From contig JBAYLA010000002.1 in assembly GCA_041664285.1 (NCBI GenBank), positions 1,349 through 65,348 on the forward strand: a stretch of 64,000 bases of DNA, read 5' to 3'. The stretch comes from Minisyncoccota bacterium (lineage in GTDB: Bacteria > Patescibacteriota > Minisyncoccia > Phycocordibacterales > UBA9973). A program made the translations under genes and the position numbers. How positions within the stretch are numbered: the first letter of the stretch is position 1; each line of letters starts with the position of its first letter. Under the pieces are notes generated by a model. The model was not told the DNA's origin. It did no database searches and saw only the letters and a list, made by a program, of their open reading frames with translations. Below are positions 28,691-38,882 of this stretch, in pieces.

Positions 28691-29065
28691 ATGGAATTTA
28701 AACAATCAATAAAGAAAGAGGAGAAGACAAAATTTATTATAGCAGATAATGGTTTTGAAAGAGCGATAGGCCCTGCTGAAGAAATTAAAAATCGTTATAC
28801 CTTTTATAGAGATAAAGATTATCCTGCAGAGCTAAGACTTAATGGAAATCTCCTTTATGATGAATATAAACCTATAACTATCGAAGAAGATAGTATTATC
28901 TATGATAATGCGGGACTTAGTAATTATGTGCTTAGAAAGGGTGATTTAATTGTTGTCACCAAAGATGGCAAACAGCCAGATGGAGAAAACTGGAATCTTA
29001 TTAACGAAGAATCAGTCAAGGGGATAAAAACTGCCGTATGGGTGAAAAAAAATAAATTACATTAA
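28691..29065 (+). CDS. hypothetical protein (124 aa)
   Basis: ORF only; no recognisable motif. Confidence 0.45.
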   Translation: MEFKQSIKKEEKTKFIIADNGFERAIGPAEEIKNRYTFYRDKDYPAELRLNGNLLYDEYKPITIEEDSIIYDNAGLSNYVLRKGDLIVVTKDGKQPDGENWNLINEESVKGIKTAVWVKKNKLH

Positions 29066-29917
29066 TCTAATTTCTCCTATTTCCTCTTTTATTAATCCTT
29101 TAATTTCCATTACAGACAAGAGAGCGTTAGCTGTAGGTGTCGACATTTTTAACGCACGGATTAAATCATCTCGAGACATTGGTTCCCGTAATAAATCTGC
29201 AACTTTTTTCTCTTCAGGGAGTAAATCAAAAAATAATTTTGCTTGCCTTTCTTTATTTTTTGGAAGTTCAAAACCAAGAGCTTCTAAAACATCTTCCGAA
29301 CAAGTGACGGGTGTTGCGCCTTGATGTAACAATTTATTTACACCTTTAGAATTGGGAGAAAAGATTGATCCAGGTACAACTAATAAATCTCTATTATATT
29401 CTGTGGTTAAACGGGCAGTGATAAGCGTTCCAGACTTTTCTTCTGCTTCTATAATAAGTACTGCTTTTGAAATTCCTGCCATCAACCTGTTTCTTCTTGC
29501 AAAGCCCCATAAGGTTGCCTTGAAGTCTGGTTCAAATTCTGAAATTAAACATCCACCACTTTTAATAATTTCTTCTGCTAATTTTGCATTTGTTTTTGGA
29601 TACATAGCTTCTCTTGATAATCCTGATCCAGGAAATACTAAAACTTTTAATCCAACAGCTAAAGCTTTTTGGTGGGCAATAGCATCAATGCCCATAGCCA
29701 GTCCAGAAACTATCACTATTGGGTAATCTTTCAAGCCTGCAATTATCTTTTCACACGCTTCACGACCGTAACTAGTGTTTTTTCGTGAACCGACGATACA
29801 TAAATGTATTAAATGTTCTTCTGGTAACTCACCAATTATCCAAAGATTTTCTGGAGGTTGAGGAATTTCTAAAAGTGCTTTTGGGAATTTATTTTTTGGT
29901 AATTTTTTTATTTGCAT
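29057..29917 (-). CDS. dprA: DNA processing protein DprA (Smf)
   Basis: Rossmann-like core IVSGLAMGIDAIAHQKAL...VLVFPGSGL typical of DprA; C-terminal winged-helix tail. Confidence 0.85.
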   Translation of the reverse strand: MQIKKLPKNKFPKALLEIPQPPENLWIIGELPEEHLIHLCIVGSRKNTSYGREACEKIIAGLKDYPIVIVSGLAMGIDAIAHQKALAVGLKVLVFPGSGLSREAMYPKTNAKLAEEIIKSGGCLISEFEPDFKATLWGFARRNRLMAGISKAVLIIEAEEKSGTLITARLTTEYNRDLLVVPGSIFSPNSKGVNKLLHQGATPVTCSEDVLEALGFELPKNKERQAKLFFDLLPEEKKVADLLREPMSRDDLIRALKMSTPTANALLSVMEIKGLIKEEIGEIRLM

Positions 29918-30073
29918 AAAAATATATACTCAGTATGTCTTTTATAAAGCAATCTATCTGGCGAAGCTTCGGGAGCGTTCTGCTCGTCAATCAAGAAAAT
30001 AATAAATGGAATACCATTTTTATTTTCTAATTTCCCGCGCAAGGCTTTCTAAAAAACATACTTTCGCTATATT

Positions 30074-30102
30074 TTGCAATTATAACAATATTTATATATA
30101 AT
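30074..30102 (+). promoter_or_regulatory. sigma70-like promoter TTGCAA-N17-TATAAT upstream of serS, followed by a CTAG-heptad leader (30103..30149)
   Basis: seen directly; leader ACTAGAATAGCACTAGAAACTATAATCTAGAAGCTAGAACCTAATTT-ATG. Confidence 0.45.
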
Positions 30103-30149
30103 ACTAGAATAGCACTAGAAACTATAATCTAGAAGCTAGAACCTAATTT

Positions 30150-31418
30150 ATGTTAGACATAAAATTTATTCGTGAGAACAAAGACATTGTGGAAGCGGGT
30201 GCGAAAAAGAAACATATAGAGATAGATATTGAAAAATTAATTTCTCTAGATGATGAACGCTTAAAGACACTTAAAGAAGTGGAAGATCTTCGTAGTGAAG
30301 TTAATAAAGTTTCAAACGATATTGCTCGTGATCAAGATCCTGCGCTTAAAATTCAGCTGATCGAAGAAATGCGAGTAGTTAAAGACGATATTAAAACTAA
30401 AGAAGAAAAACTTAAAAAAATAATTGAAGAATGGCAAAAGCTTATGGTTCAAGTACCCAATGTACCAGATATTTCTGTGCCAGACGGGGATTGTGATGAA
30501 AACAATCTTGAATTTCGCACATGGGGAGAGAAACCACAATTTTCTTTCACTCCTAAAAATCATACAGAGCTTATGCTCTCTCACGATATGGCAGATTATG
30601 AAAGAGGGAGCAAGGTAGCAGGTTTCCGTGGATATTTTATGAAAAATGATGGAGCCCGTTTACAATGGGCGCTTATGCATTTTGTGGAGGATCATTTTAT
30701 GAACAAACAAGATTTTACGCCAATGATAGTGCCTTCACTCACTAGGCGTGAACCTTTCGTCGGTACAGGATATTTACCTCAGAGTGAAGAAGATTTATAC
30801 AAAACTCAAGATGGTGAATATCTTGCTGGAACAGCCGAAGTATCTACGATGGGTTATTACATGAATGAAATAATTGATAAAAAAAATCTTCCCATTAAAT
30901 TTTTCTCTTTTTCTCCATGTTTTCGTCGTGAAGCGGGGAGTCATGGGAAAGACACCAAAGGAATATTCAGAATTCATGAATTTATGAAATATGAACAAGT
31001 TGTTTTGTGTGAAGCTAATCACGAAGAGTCTGTGCGTTTTCATGAAGAATTAACTGCAAACTCAGAAGCTCTTTTACAAGAGTTAGGACTTCCTTATCGG
31101 GTAGTTGTAAATTGTGGAGGGGACTTAGGTCTTGGTCAAGTAAAAAAATATGACATAGAAGCTTGGATGCCAAGTGATAATAAATACAGAGAAACACATT
31201 CTTCTTCATATTTTCACGATTTTCAAACTAGAAGACTAGGAATTAGATATAAAGACGATAATGGTAAATTGCATTTCGCACATTCTTTGAACAATACTGC
31301 TCTTGCTATGCCTCGAATAATTTGTCAGATAGTTGAAAACTACCAACAAGCTGACGGTTCTATAAAAATTCCAGAAGTTTTACGTAAATATATGGGAGGG
31401 AGGGAATTTATAAAGTAA
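30150..31418 (+). CDS. serS: seryl-tRNA synthetase
   Basis: N-terminal coiled-coil MLDIKFIREN..., class II motifs, 422 aa. Confidence 0.95.
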   Translation: MLDIKFIRENKDIVEAGAKKKHIEIDIEKLISLDDERLKTLKEVEDLRSEVNKVSNDIARDQDPALKIQLIEEMRVVKDDIKTKEEKLKKIIEEWQKLMVQVPNVPDISVPDGDCDENNLEFRTWGEKPQFSFTPKNHTELMLSHDMADYERGSKVAGFRGYFMKNDGARLQWALMHFVEDHFMNKQDFTPMIVPSLTRREPFVGTGYLPQSEEDLYKTQDGEYLAGTAEVSTMGYYMNEIIDKKNLPIKFFSFSPCFRREAGSHGKDTKGIFRIHEFMKYEQVVLCEANHEESVRFHEELTANSEALLQELGLPYRVVVNCGGDLGLGQVKKYDIEAWMPSDNKYRETHSSSYFHDFQTRRLGIRYKDDNGKLHFAHSLNNTALAMPRIICQIVENYQQADGSIKIPEVLRKYMGGREFIK

Positions 31419-31437
31419 AGCTGTTTCGTTAAATCTA

Positions 31438-32289
31438 ATGCAAAAAAGAAACGTTTTAAATTCTCCGCGTCTTTTGGAATTAAAAAAACATCGGCGGAGA
31501 GTTGTTTTAATTAAAATTTTTATGTCCCTGCTCGCATTTTCGGTGGTTTTTTTCCTATTAGCTTATTTTTCTAATTTAAAAAGTTTAAATATTAGTAATG
31601 TTGAAATCACTGGTAATAAGGTAATAGATACAGAAGCTTTACAAGGAACGGTGGAAGAGCAAATAACTGGAAAATATCTTTGGCTTTTTCCGAAAACAAA
31701 CATTTTACTTTATCCTAAAAATAGTATAAAAAATACACTTCAAGAAAAATTTAAAAGACTGAATAATATGAATTTATCAATTAAAAATAATACCTTAGAA
31801 GTCTCTCTAGGTGAACGCACTGCGAAATATACTTGGTGTGGTACTGAATCCCCAGAAGCACCTCTCCAAAACCAGCAATGTTATTTTGTTGACGAAGATG
31901 GTTATGTTTTTGATGAGGCTCCTTATTTTTCTGGTGAAGTTTATTTTAAATTTTATGGTGTTCAATCCGAATCTTATTTTTATAAGCAGAATTTTAAACA
32001 ATTAATTGCTTTTAAGGATATCCTTATCGGCTTAGATTTGAAACCTATTATTCTATATGTCGCAAACAATGGTGATGTAGAAATATTTCTTTCCAAAGGT
32101 ATATCTTCAGTTTCAACTATTGGGCCTAAAATTATTTTTAAATTAAATGCTGATTTTGAAAATGTTGCGGAGAATCTAGGCGCAGCCTTGAATAATGAAC
32201 CATTAAAGTCAAAATTCAAAAATAAATATTCCTCACTTTTATATGTTGATTTACGATTTGGAAATAAAGTTTATGATAAATTCCAGTAA
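31438..32289 (+). CDS. FtsQ/DivIB-like cell division protein (TM plus POTRA)
   Basis: basic cytoplasmic N-terminus, one TM, then POTRA-like ISNVEITGNKVIDTEALQ and LEVSLGERTAKYTWC. Confidence 0.5.
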   Translation: MQKRNVLNSPRLLELKKHRRRVVLIKIFMSLLAFSVVFFLLAYFSNLKSLNISNVEITGNKVIDTEALQGTVEEQITGKYLWLFPKTNILLYPKNSIKNTLQEKFKRLNNMNLSIKNNTLEVSLGERTAKYTWCGTESPEAPLQNQQCYFVDEDGYVFDEAPYFSGEVYFKFYGVQSESYFYKQNFKQLIAFKDILIGLDLKPIILYVANNGDVEIFLSKGISSVSTIGPKIIFKLNADFENVAENLGAALNNEPLKSKFKNKYSSLLYVDLRFGNKVYDKFQ

Positions 32290-32294
32290 GACAT

Positions 32295-33296
32295 ATGAAT
32301 AATTTTTGGCATAAATTAGATAGGCCATTTTTCTGCTTGGCTCCAATGTCAGATGTTACAGATATTGCTTTTCGTTACATTTTGGCAAAATATGGCAAAA
32401 ATAGAGAAAATAAAAATAGAATTGTTTTCTGGACAGAGTTTATTTCTGCAGATGGTTTGTGTAATAAGCTTGCCAGGAAAAAATTATCACATATATTAAA
32501 ATATTCAGAATCTGAAAGGCCGATTGTGGCTCAGGTTTTCGGAGCAAATCCGGAAAATATGAAAAAAGCTTGTCAGTATATTGCTAGTCTTGGTTTTGAT
32601 GGAATAGATATAAATATGGGTTGTCCAGATAAATCTGTTATTAGCCAAGGAGCTGGATCTGCTTTAATAAAAACTCCACAACTTGCAAGAAAGATCATTG
32701 AAGCTGCGCATGCCGGTATAGAGGCTACTGGTTCGCATATTCCTGTATCAGTCAAAACGAGAATTGGTTTTAATAAAGAAGAAATAGATAAATGGATTCC
32801 TGAGTTAGTAAAAAAAGATATCTCTGCTCTAACAATTCATTTACGTACCACTAAAGAACTTTCACTTGTTCCCGCAAACTGGAATCATCTTAAAAAAATA
32901 AAAGAACTTATTAAAAAGAGTGGGGAAAAGATCTTACTTATTGGTAATGGAGATATTGTAGATATGAAGGATGGAGAAAGTAAAGCCAAAGAATATGGCT
33001 GTGATGGAGTAATGATAGGCCGGGGAGTTTTTGGTAATCCATTTTTCTTTTCGGGAGAAAAAAATCAAAATATTTCAACGGAAGAAAGATTAAAAATCTT
33101 AGTGGAACATACTCAAATTTTTGACAAAGAACTCTCTAAGCCTAAATATAAAAATTTTGCTGTGATGAAAAAACATTTTAAGGCTTATGTGCATGGTTTT
33201 GATGGGGCGAAAGAGCTTCGAGTGAAACTAATGGAAACTGAAAATGCCAAACAAGTAGAAAAAATAGTAAAGAAATTTTTAGAAAGAAAAAATTAA
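32295..33296 (+). CDS. dus: tRNA-dihydrouridine synthase
   Basis: LAPMSDVTDIAFR start, FMN-binding TIM-barrel motifs (NMGCP, catalytic Cys region). Confidence 0.85.
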   Translation: MNNFWHKLDRPFFCLAPMSDVTDIAFRYILAKYGKNRENKNRIVFWTEFISADGLCNKLARKKLSHILKYSESERPIVAQVFGANPENMKKACQYIASLGFDGIDINMGCPDKSVISQGAGSALIKTPQLARKIIEAAHAGIEATGSHIPVSVKTRIGFNKEEIDKWIPELVKKDISALTIHLRTTKELSLVPANWNHLKKIKELIKKSGEKILLIGNGDIVDMKDGESKAKEYGCDGVMIGRGVFGNPFFFSGEKNQNISTEERLKILVEHTQIFDKELSKPKYKNFAVMKKHFKAYVHGFDGAKELRVKLMETENAKQVEKIVKKFLERKN

Positions 33297-33340
33297 AACT
33301 TTGATTTTAATTTTTTCTTATTTTAAGGTATACTACTTTT

Positions 33341-34384
33341 ATGCACGATTTAGCTTTATATCGTAAATATAGGCCGAAAACTTTCAAGGAAGTCTTGGGC
33401 CAAGACCATATTGTAAAGGTATTAGCGAGCTCGGTGGAGACCAATAAGGTTTCTCATGCTTATCTTTTTGTGGGTTCGCGAGGCACTGGTAAGACTTCGG
33501 TGGCTAGGATTTTTGCGACCAATATCGGTGTATCAGTTAACGACCTTTATGAAATAGATGCTGCTTCTAATAGAGGAATTGAGGATATTAAAGAATTACG
33601 TAATGGTGTCCGAGTATTGCCCTTTGATTCAAAATATAAAGTTTATATCATTGATGAAGTTCATATGCTGTCTAAAGATGCTTGGGGAGCGCTTCTAAAA
33701 ACCTTAGAAGAACCACCGAAACATGTGATTTTTATTTTAGCTACGACTGAATTTCACAAAGTCCCAGAAACAATTATTTCTCGTTGTCAGGTTTTTACAT
33801 TTAAAAAAGCTTCTGACGCCATTAACAGGAAAATGTTATTGGATATTGGTAAAAAAGAAGGCTTTGAACTAGATGCTGGAGGAGCAGAACTATTAGCTAT
33901 TTTGGCAGATGGATCATTCCGTGATGCATTAGGAGAACTTCAAAAAATTATAAACTTTAGCAAGGGCAAAAAAGTTACCAGAGAAGACGTGGAGAAAATA
34001 ACCGGTGCACCGAAGACGACCCTGGTAAATGATTTTATCTCCGCTATTGTTGAGAAAGATTTAGAAAAGGGAATATCCGTTGTCCGAAATGCATCTTTAG
34101 CGAATTTGGATATGAAATTATATTTTAAACTTATAATCCAAAAGTTTCGGATGGCTATAATTTTACGCTATGCTCCAAAATTAGAAAAGGAAATGGCAGG
34201 GGATTTAGGGGAAACAGATTTAGAATTTTTGAAGGAGTTAATTAAAAAAGACAAGGAGGGCATGCTTCGATCAGGGGCACTGTCTATTTTACTTGAAGCA
34301 TATCAAAGCATGGATAATGCGTTTATTACCGAATTACCACTAGAACTTGCTCTTGTGAAGATAATATCTATTGCAAAATCTTAA
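33341..34384 (+). CDS. dnaX: DNA polymerase III subunit gamma/tau (short, domains I-III)
   Basis: YRKYRPKTF...HAYLFVGSRGTGKTSVARIFA Walker A, DEVHML Walker B, SRC motif. Confidence 0.85.
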   Translation: MHDLALYRKYRPKTFKEVLGQDHIVKVLASSVETNKVSHAYLFVGSRGTGKTSVARIFATNIGVSVNDLYEIDAASNRGIEDIKELRNGVRVLPFDSKYKVYIIDEVHMLSKDAWGALLKTLEEPPKHVIFILATTEFHKVPETIISRCQVFTFKKASDAINRKMLLDIGKKEGFELDAGGAELLAILADGSFRDALGELQKIINFSKGKKVTREDVEKITGAPKTTLVNDFISAIVEKDLEKGISVVRNASLANLDMKLYFKLIIQKFRMAIILRYAPKLEKEMAGDLGETDLEFLKELIKKDKEGMLRSGALSILLEAYQSMDNAFITELPLELALVKIISIAKS

Positions 34385-34958
34385 GAGCTTCCTTTAAAGT
34401 CTCACTATCGTTTTTAAATACGGGATAATTATATTTTTCAGCTTCTTTCTTAAAATATGGCTGGTCGCCCAAGAAAAGAGCAACTGATTGCAATTCAAGC
34501 TCTTCACTGTCCCATTCAGGCCTTTCTTTGTTTGCTTCTATCACCTCTTTAAGATTTATTCCGATAATCACTACACAAGGAAAATCTAGATCTTGATGGA
34601 CTAAGTGTGGCAACATACCAACACCCTCAAAAATGACGGGACGCTCCTCGTCTTTATAACTATTTATTTTTTCCAACACTCCTTCCCACAATTGTTCAGA
34701 TTGAGTAACAAGGTTTTTCCACTGTTGATTATAAGGCGTTTTTATATAATACGCCCTCTTGTTTTTGTCTTTCCAAAAATATGTAGTAGCGGTGTATTTT
34801 GGATTTGATCTAAGATAATTTCGAATTTCTTCACTGGAGACACAAATTCCCCCGACTGCTTCCGCAAGCTGTTTTGCTAAGTTTGTTTTACCAATAGTTG
34901 GTATTCCAGTTATAATTAATCTTTTCCCCTTATGCTGTACTTTATTTTTTGTTTCCAT
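34368..34958 (-). CDS. P-loop NTPase/kinase-like protein (196 aa)
   Basis: Walker A GIPTIGKTNLAKQL; otherwise unassigned. Confidence 0.4.
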   Translation of the reverse strand: METKNKVQHKGKRLIITGIPTIGKTNLAKQLAEAVGGICVSSEEIRNYLRSNPKYTATTYFWKDKNKRAYYIKTPYNQQWKNLVTQSEQLWEGVLEKINSYKDEERPVIFEGVGMLPHLVHQDLDFPCVVIIGINLKEVIEANKERPEWDSEELELQSVALFLGDQPYFKKEAEKYNYPVFKNDSETLKEALKILQ

Positions 34959-35092
34959 AAATAAATTTTAATATATAAATATGATTATATCAAATTTGTA
35001 TGCATAAATTATACCACTTATGATTTTAATAGCCAACTAATATATAGATTTTTGTTAAGATTCATGCTATAAATTAAGTGTTTTAAAGATAT

Positions 35093-35166
35093 TGGGAGAT
35101 CGTCTAACGGTAGGACAGCGGCCTTTGAAGCCGTGAATCTTGGTTCGATTCCAAGTCTCCCAGCCA
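35093..35166 (+). tRNA. trnQ: tRNA-Gln (anticodon TTG), CCA encoded
   Basis: acceptor TGGGAGA/TCTCCCA, anticodon stem GCGGC/GCCGT with loop CTTTGAA, T-arm CTTGG-TTCGATT-CCAAG, discriminator G then CCA. Confidence 0.85.
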
Positions 35167-35221
35167 CCTCGAGCGCGTCTCGAACGCTCTAGATGCTTAG
35201 AAATCATTATTAATAAATAAT

Positions 35222-36085
35222 ATGGATCAAGTCTCAGCATTAACATTAATAAATTTATCAAAAGACATAGCACAGCTTAATTTAGGATATTTAGGAATAT
35301 CAGTGGCCATTTTGGGTGTACTTGGTGTGGTTTTTGTTTATTTCAATTTAAATCCATTAAAGGAAACCTTAAGTAAACAAGAGAAAAAAATTGAAGATTT
35401 AAAAACAGAAGCACATGATTTATTAAATCAATCAAAGGAGCAGTCTGAAAAAACTCTCGATGATTTTAAAATAAATCAATCCAATATGGTGACTTCAATT
35501 TTTAAACAACAAAAAAATGAAATCGATCTAGAAACAAAAAATAAAATTCAAGAATCTTATACTATATTGTTAGAAAAAATAGAAAGTATTTCAGAAGACA
35601 AGGACACAAAACTTAAAGAAATTATTATATCTGAAGCTAATAATAGTTTAGCTAATTTAGACAAAGATCTTACTGCAAAAATAAGCGCCATGAAAGAAGA
35701 TATTCTCAAAGAAGTTAAGGCGATAAATACTGGATTTAAAGCAAGAATAAAAGAACTGGATGAGAAAATTAAAGAATTACAAGTTTATAAGTATAGTAAA
35801 GAGGGACAAATGGGCGCAATAATTTATTCCATTGAATTGCTTGAAAATGCTATAGATGATTATCTAGAATTCAAAAAAATACTTAAAGGAGTTCCATTTA
35901 ACGCTGAAACACATGGTTGGAAAATTAATCTTAGAATAGAAGGATTAATAAAAGAAATTGGTGATCTTCCTGTTGAACAAGAATATATTTCAAAAATTAA
36001 TTTACAATTAACAAAAATTGAAAACGAATCTATTTTTAAAAATTTAATTGACAAACTCAGGAAAAAACTTTTACCTGTGGCATAA
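35222..36085 (+). CDS. hypothetical membrane-anchored coiled-coil protein (287 aa)
   Basis: one N-terminal TM then long K/E-rich heptad-like region. Confidence 0.5.
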   Translation: MDQVSALTLINLSKDIAQLNLGYLGISVAILGVLGVVFVYFNLNPLKETLSKQEKKIEDLKTEAHDLLNQSKEQSEKTLDDFKINQSNMVTSIFKQQKNEIDLETKNKIQESYTILLEKIESISEDKDTKLKEIIISEANNSLANLDKDLTAKISAMKEDILKEVKAINTGFKARIKELDEKIKELQVYKYSKEGQMGAIIYSIELLENAIDDYLEFKKILKGVPFNAETHGWKINLRIEGLIKEIGDLPVEQEYISKINLQLTKIENESIFKNLIDKLRKKLLPVA

Positions 36086-36096
36086 ACTGGATACTC

Positions 36097-36188
36097 TAGA
36101 CGCGTCGTTTTGGTATAATAAAATAGAGCAGGGAAGCTTTACAGGGTAATGAATTGTACGGTTCTGTCACGAGACCGCCAGCCAGCAC
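36097..36188 (+). repeat. repeat R1: ~78-nt element (extended -10 TGGTATAAT plus conserved leader) ending in box GACCGCCAGCCAGCAC; near-identical copy at 38883..38960
   Basis: manual alignment of 36097..36174 with 38883..38960 gives about 9 of 10 identical positions; the CCAGCCAGCA box recurs at 36728..36751 and 37093..37115. Confidence 0.85.
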
Positions 36189-36219
36189 TTGTTAGGTTAA
36201 TAAATAGTATACTTAACTT

Positions 36220-36576
36220 ATGGAACCACTTTTTTCTGAAATCAAAAAATCTCTAGAAGATGGAAATTTTTATGCTGCGCTTTTTATGGTTCTGACTATC
36301 CCTGATATTTGTTTGTCTGTAAAAATGGGTAAGCACGCTGGGCAAGACTATGAAGAATGGTTTAATAATAATTTATCAAGATATAAAGGATACATGACGG
36401 GTAAAGATTGCTATGCTTTTAGGTGTGCTATCTTACACGAAGGATCAGATAATGTTTTATCTCAGTCAAAGAAAGATATAATTGATAAATTTGAAATTTT
36501 ATCTAAAAAAGAATCTTCTCATTTAATTTATATGGGGGCAATAAGTATAACGGGATTTTACAACCAACAAAATTAA
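36220..36576 (+). CDS. hypothetical protein (118 aa)
   Basis: ORF downstream of R1; no motif. Confidence 0.45.
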   Translation: MEPLFSEIKKSLEDGNFYAALFMVLTIPDICLSVKMGKHAGQDYEEWFNNNLSRYKGYMTGKDCYAFRCAILHEGSDNVLSQSKKDIIDKFEILSKKESSHLIYMGAISITGFYNQQN

Positions 36577-36727
36577 TTATAAATTTACATATTTTTTGCA
36601 ACGACATTATGAATTCTTCACAAAAATTTATTAGTGACAATAACCTAAATGCCAGAAATATTGTAGATATTAAAAGTAAATATAATGACGGATTTATAAG
36701 TATTGGTTAGATAAAACGACTCCGATA

Positions 36728-36751
36728 TCATTCCAGACTGCCAGCCAGCAC
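36728..36751 (+). repeat. repeat R2 box TCATTCCAGACTGCCAGCCAGCAC, 21 nt upstream of the next ATG
   Basis: matches R3 at about 25 of 28 positions; ATTCCA...CCAGCCA core loosely matches the tRNA-Gln T-loop/acceptor 3' end (GATTCCAAGTCTCCCAGCCA). Confidence 0.75.
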
Positions 36752-36772
36752 TTTTTAAGCTATAATTAAATT

Positions 36773-37078
36773 ATGAAGAAAGTTATTTTTAAAAAAGATA
36801 AATATAAAAAAGCTAGAGGAGGTTATTCAAGACTTTTGAATATTTTTTGTAGAAAATGTGGCAAACAAATTTGTCAGTATCAGAAAGATGGTCAAGGAAA
36901 TTTAAGAAGAATGTATATTGATAGAATCTCGGGAAAGAAAGTTCCTATCTTGGGAAAAAATTTGAGTTGTCCTGAAGGACACACACTAGGAATAAAAATT
37001 ATTTACGAAAAAGAGAATCGTCCAGCATTTCGATTATTTGTTGATTCAGTGACAAAAAAGATCGTTAAATTACATTAA
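36773..37078 (+). CDS. small zinc-ribbon protein (101 aa)
   Basis: CRKCGKQIC ... CPEGH spacing; basic. Confidence 0.45.
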   Translation: MKKVIFKKDKYKKARGGYSRLLNIFCRKCGKQICQYQKDGQGNLRRMYIDRISGKKVPILGKNLSCPEGHTLGIKIIYEKENRPAFRLFVDSVTKKIVKLH

Positions 37079-37092
37079 TAGCGGTTCCAACG

Positions 37093-37115
37093 TCATTCCA
37101 GACACCCAGCCAGCA
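37093..37115 (+). repeat. repeat R3 box TCATTCCAGACACCCAGCCAGCA, 5 nt upstream of the MFS gene ATG
   Basis: see R2. Confidence 0.75.
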
Positions 37116-37120
37116 TTTTT

Positions 37121-38380
37121 ATGAGAATTGAGAAAAAAACTTTTGAATCACTTAAGATAAGAAACTACAGATTATATTTTATTGGTCAATCTATTTCTTT
37201 ACCTGGAACTTGGATGCAGACAGTTGCTCAATCTTGGCTTGTATTAAAATTAACTGGTTCTGGTACAGCCTTGGGGCTTGTCCTTGCCTTACAATATTTG
37301 CCGATGCTTATTCTTGGACCCTGGGGAGGACTTTTAGTAGATAGATTTCCAAAAAGAAAATTATTATTTTTTACCCAATCCGCTTATGGTATATTCGCTT
37401 TAATTTTGGGAATTTTAGTACTTATAGGTACAGTACAGTTATGGATGATTTATATCTTTGCTTTTTGTTTGGGTTTGATAAATACAGTAGATAATCCGAC
37501 ACGACAGACTTTCGCTGTTGAAATGGTAAGTAAGGACAAGTTACATAATGCTATTGTTTTAAATTCAATTGAAATAAATCTCGCTCGAGTTGTTGGGCCT
37601 GCCCTAGCTGGTATTTTAATCTTATCTGTTGGAATTGGATTTTGTTTTATCCTAAATGCAATTTCTTTTATAGGGGTCATCATTTCTTTGTCTATGATGC
37701 ACTCAAAAGAATTATTCCCTTCTCCTCTGGTAAAAAAGAAAAAAGGACAAGTTATAGAAGGCCTAAAATATGTGAAAAACTCTCCAGTAATTAAAGACAC
37801 GATTATTATGATGGCAATCATTGGAACTTTGACTTATGAATTTAGTGTCAGTTTGCCACTTTTGACACAATCTACTTTTCATGGAGATGCAGGAACTTTT
37901 ACATTACTGACTTCTTCTATTGGAATAGGTGCAGTCATCGGTGGATTATTTATTGCTAGTCGTAAAAAAACTGGTTCTGTGACTATTGTTACTGGAGCTT
38001 TTTTCTTAGGACTTTTTGTTTTAGGTGCCTCAATGGCTCAAAATATCTTGATGGCGATTTTGTTGTTAATAGGAGTTGGCTTTTTTTCTATCTATTTTAA
38101 TTCTTCAGGAAATACTACAATTCAACTTGAAAGTTCTCCTTCTATGCGAGGCAGGGTCATGGCTCTTTGGGCAGTGGCATCTCTCGGTTCAACTCCAATA
38201 GGGAGCCCAATCATTGGTTGGGTCGGAGAACATATGGGAGCTAGATACTGCGTGGCTCTAGGAGGGGTAGCTGCAATTGTAGCTGCTTTGTTCGGGGCAA
38301 TACAATTAAAAAGAGGTAAATATCTAGAAGTACAGGAAAAAGAAATAGAGGAAACCGATATTTCTGTGCCAAAGATTTAA
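37121..38380 (+). CDS. MFS transporter (12 TM)
   Basis: MFS signature GPWGGLLVDRFPKRK between TM2 and TM3, 419 aa with about 12 hydrophobic segments. Confidence 0.8.
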   Translation: MRIEKKTFESLKIRNYRLYFIGQSISLPGTWMQTVAQSWLVLKLTGSGTALGLVLALQYLPMLILGPWGGLLVDRFPKRKLLFFTQSAYGIFALILGILVLIGTVQLWMIYIFAFCLGLINTVDNPTRQTFAVEMVSKDKLHNAIVLNSIEINLARVVGPALAGILILSVGIGFCFILNAISFIGVIISLSMMHSKELFPSPLVKKKKGQVIEGLKYVKNSPVIKDTIIMMAIIGTLTYEFSVSLPLLTQSTFHGDAGTFTLLTSSIGIGAVIGGLFIASRKKTGSVTIVTGAFFLGLFVLGASMAQNILMAILLLIGVGFFSIYFNSSGNTTIQLESSPSMRGRVMALWAVASLGSTPIGSPIIGWVGEHMGARYCVALGGVAAIVAALFGAIQLKRGKYLEVQEKEIEETDISVPKI

Positions 38381-38477
38381 ATAAACAAGGACGGTCCTTG
38401 TTTATTTAGCAGAAGGTACTTTTAGTTTTATTTTGATATAATAGTTTTATGAAAAATAAATATGTTATTATTTAAAA

Positions 38478-38876
38478 ATGGATTTTAGTTCAACCTCACT
38501 TGGATACATTTTAGATCTGTTTGCGACTATCTTTATTGTTTTTTCCATAGTTTTCCGATCTAAAAGAAGGATAGGGGTCGACTCTGAAACTTTATATGGT
38601 GGAAATCCGTTTGTATATGAGTCACAATTGAGATCATTTTGGGATGGATGGATTGGAATAATAATCTTTTTTATAGGAACAGTACTGCATTTATTTCATT
38701 TTCAATTAGGAATTAGGAATTTTATTCTAGTTCTCATCTTAACAATAATATTGTTAATAATTTTGAGGTTAATAATAATATTCTTTATAAAAAGAGATGT
38801 TAGAAAAAGATACAAACATTATGATTCTGTAAAGAAAGCGATGGATGAAGGTAAATATGATACTTATCCCAAATAG
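38478..38876 (+). CDS. hypothetical small membrane protein (132 aa)
   Basis: 3-4 TM segments; no motif. Confidence 0.45.
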   Translation: MDFSSTSLGYILDLFATIFIVFSIVFRSKRRIGVDSETLYGGNPFVYESQLRSFWDGWIGIIIFFIGTVLHLFHFQLGIRNFILVLILTIILLIILRLIIIFFIKRDVRKRYKHYDSVKKAMDEGKYDTYPK

Positions 38877-38882
38877 TCGCTC

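Noticed and set aside
36097-36188. R1/R4 leader as a known riboswitch (TPP, ZTP/pfl, preQ1, fluoride, guanidine)
   Set aside because: By eye I could not recover the conserved cores of these classes; left as an unclassified conserved leader rather than naming a class
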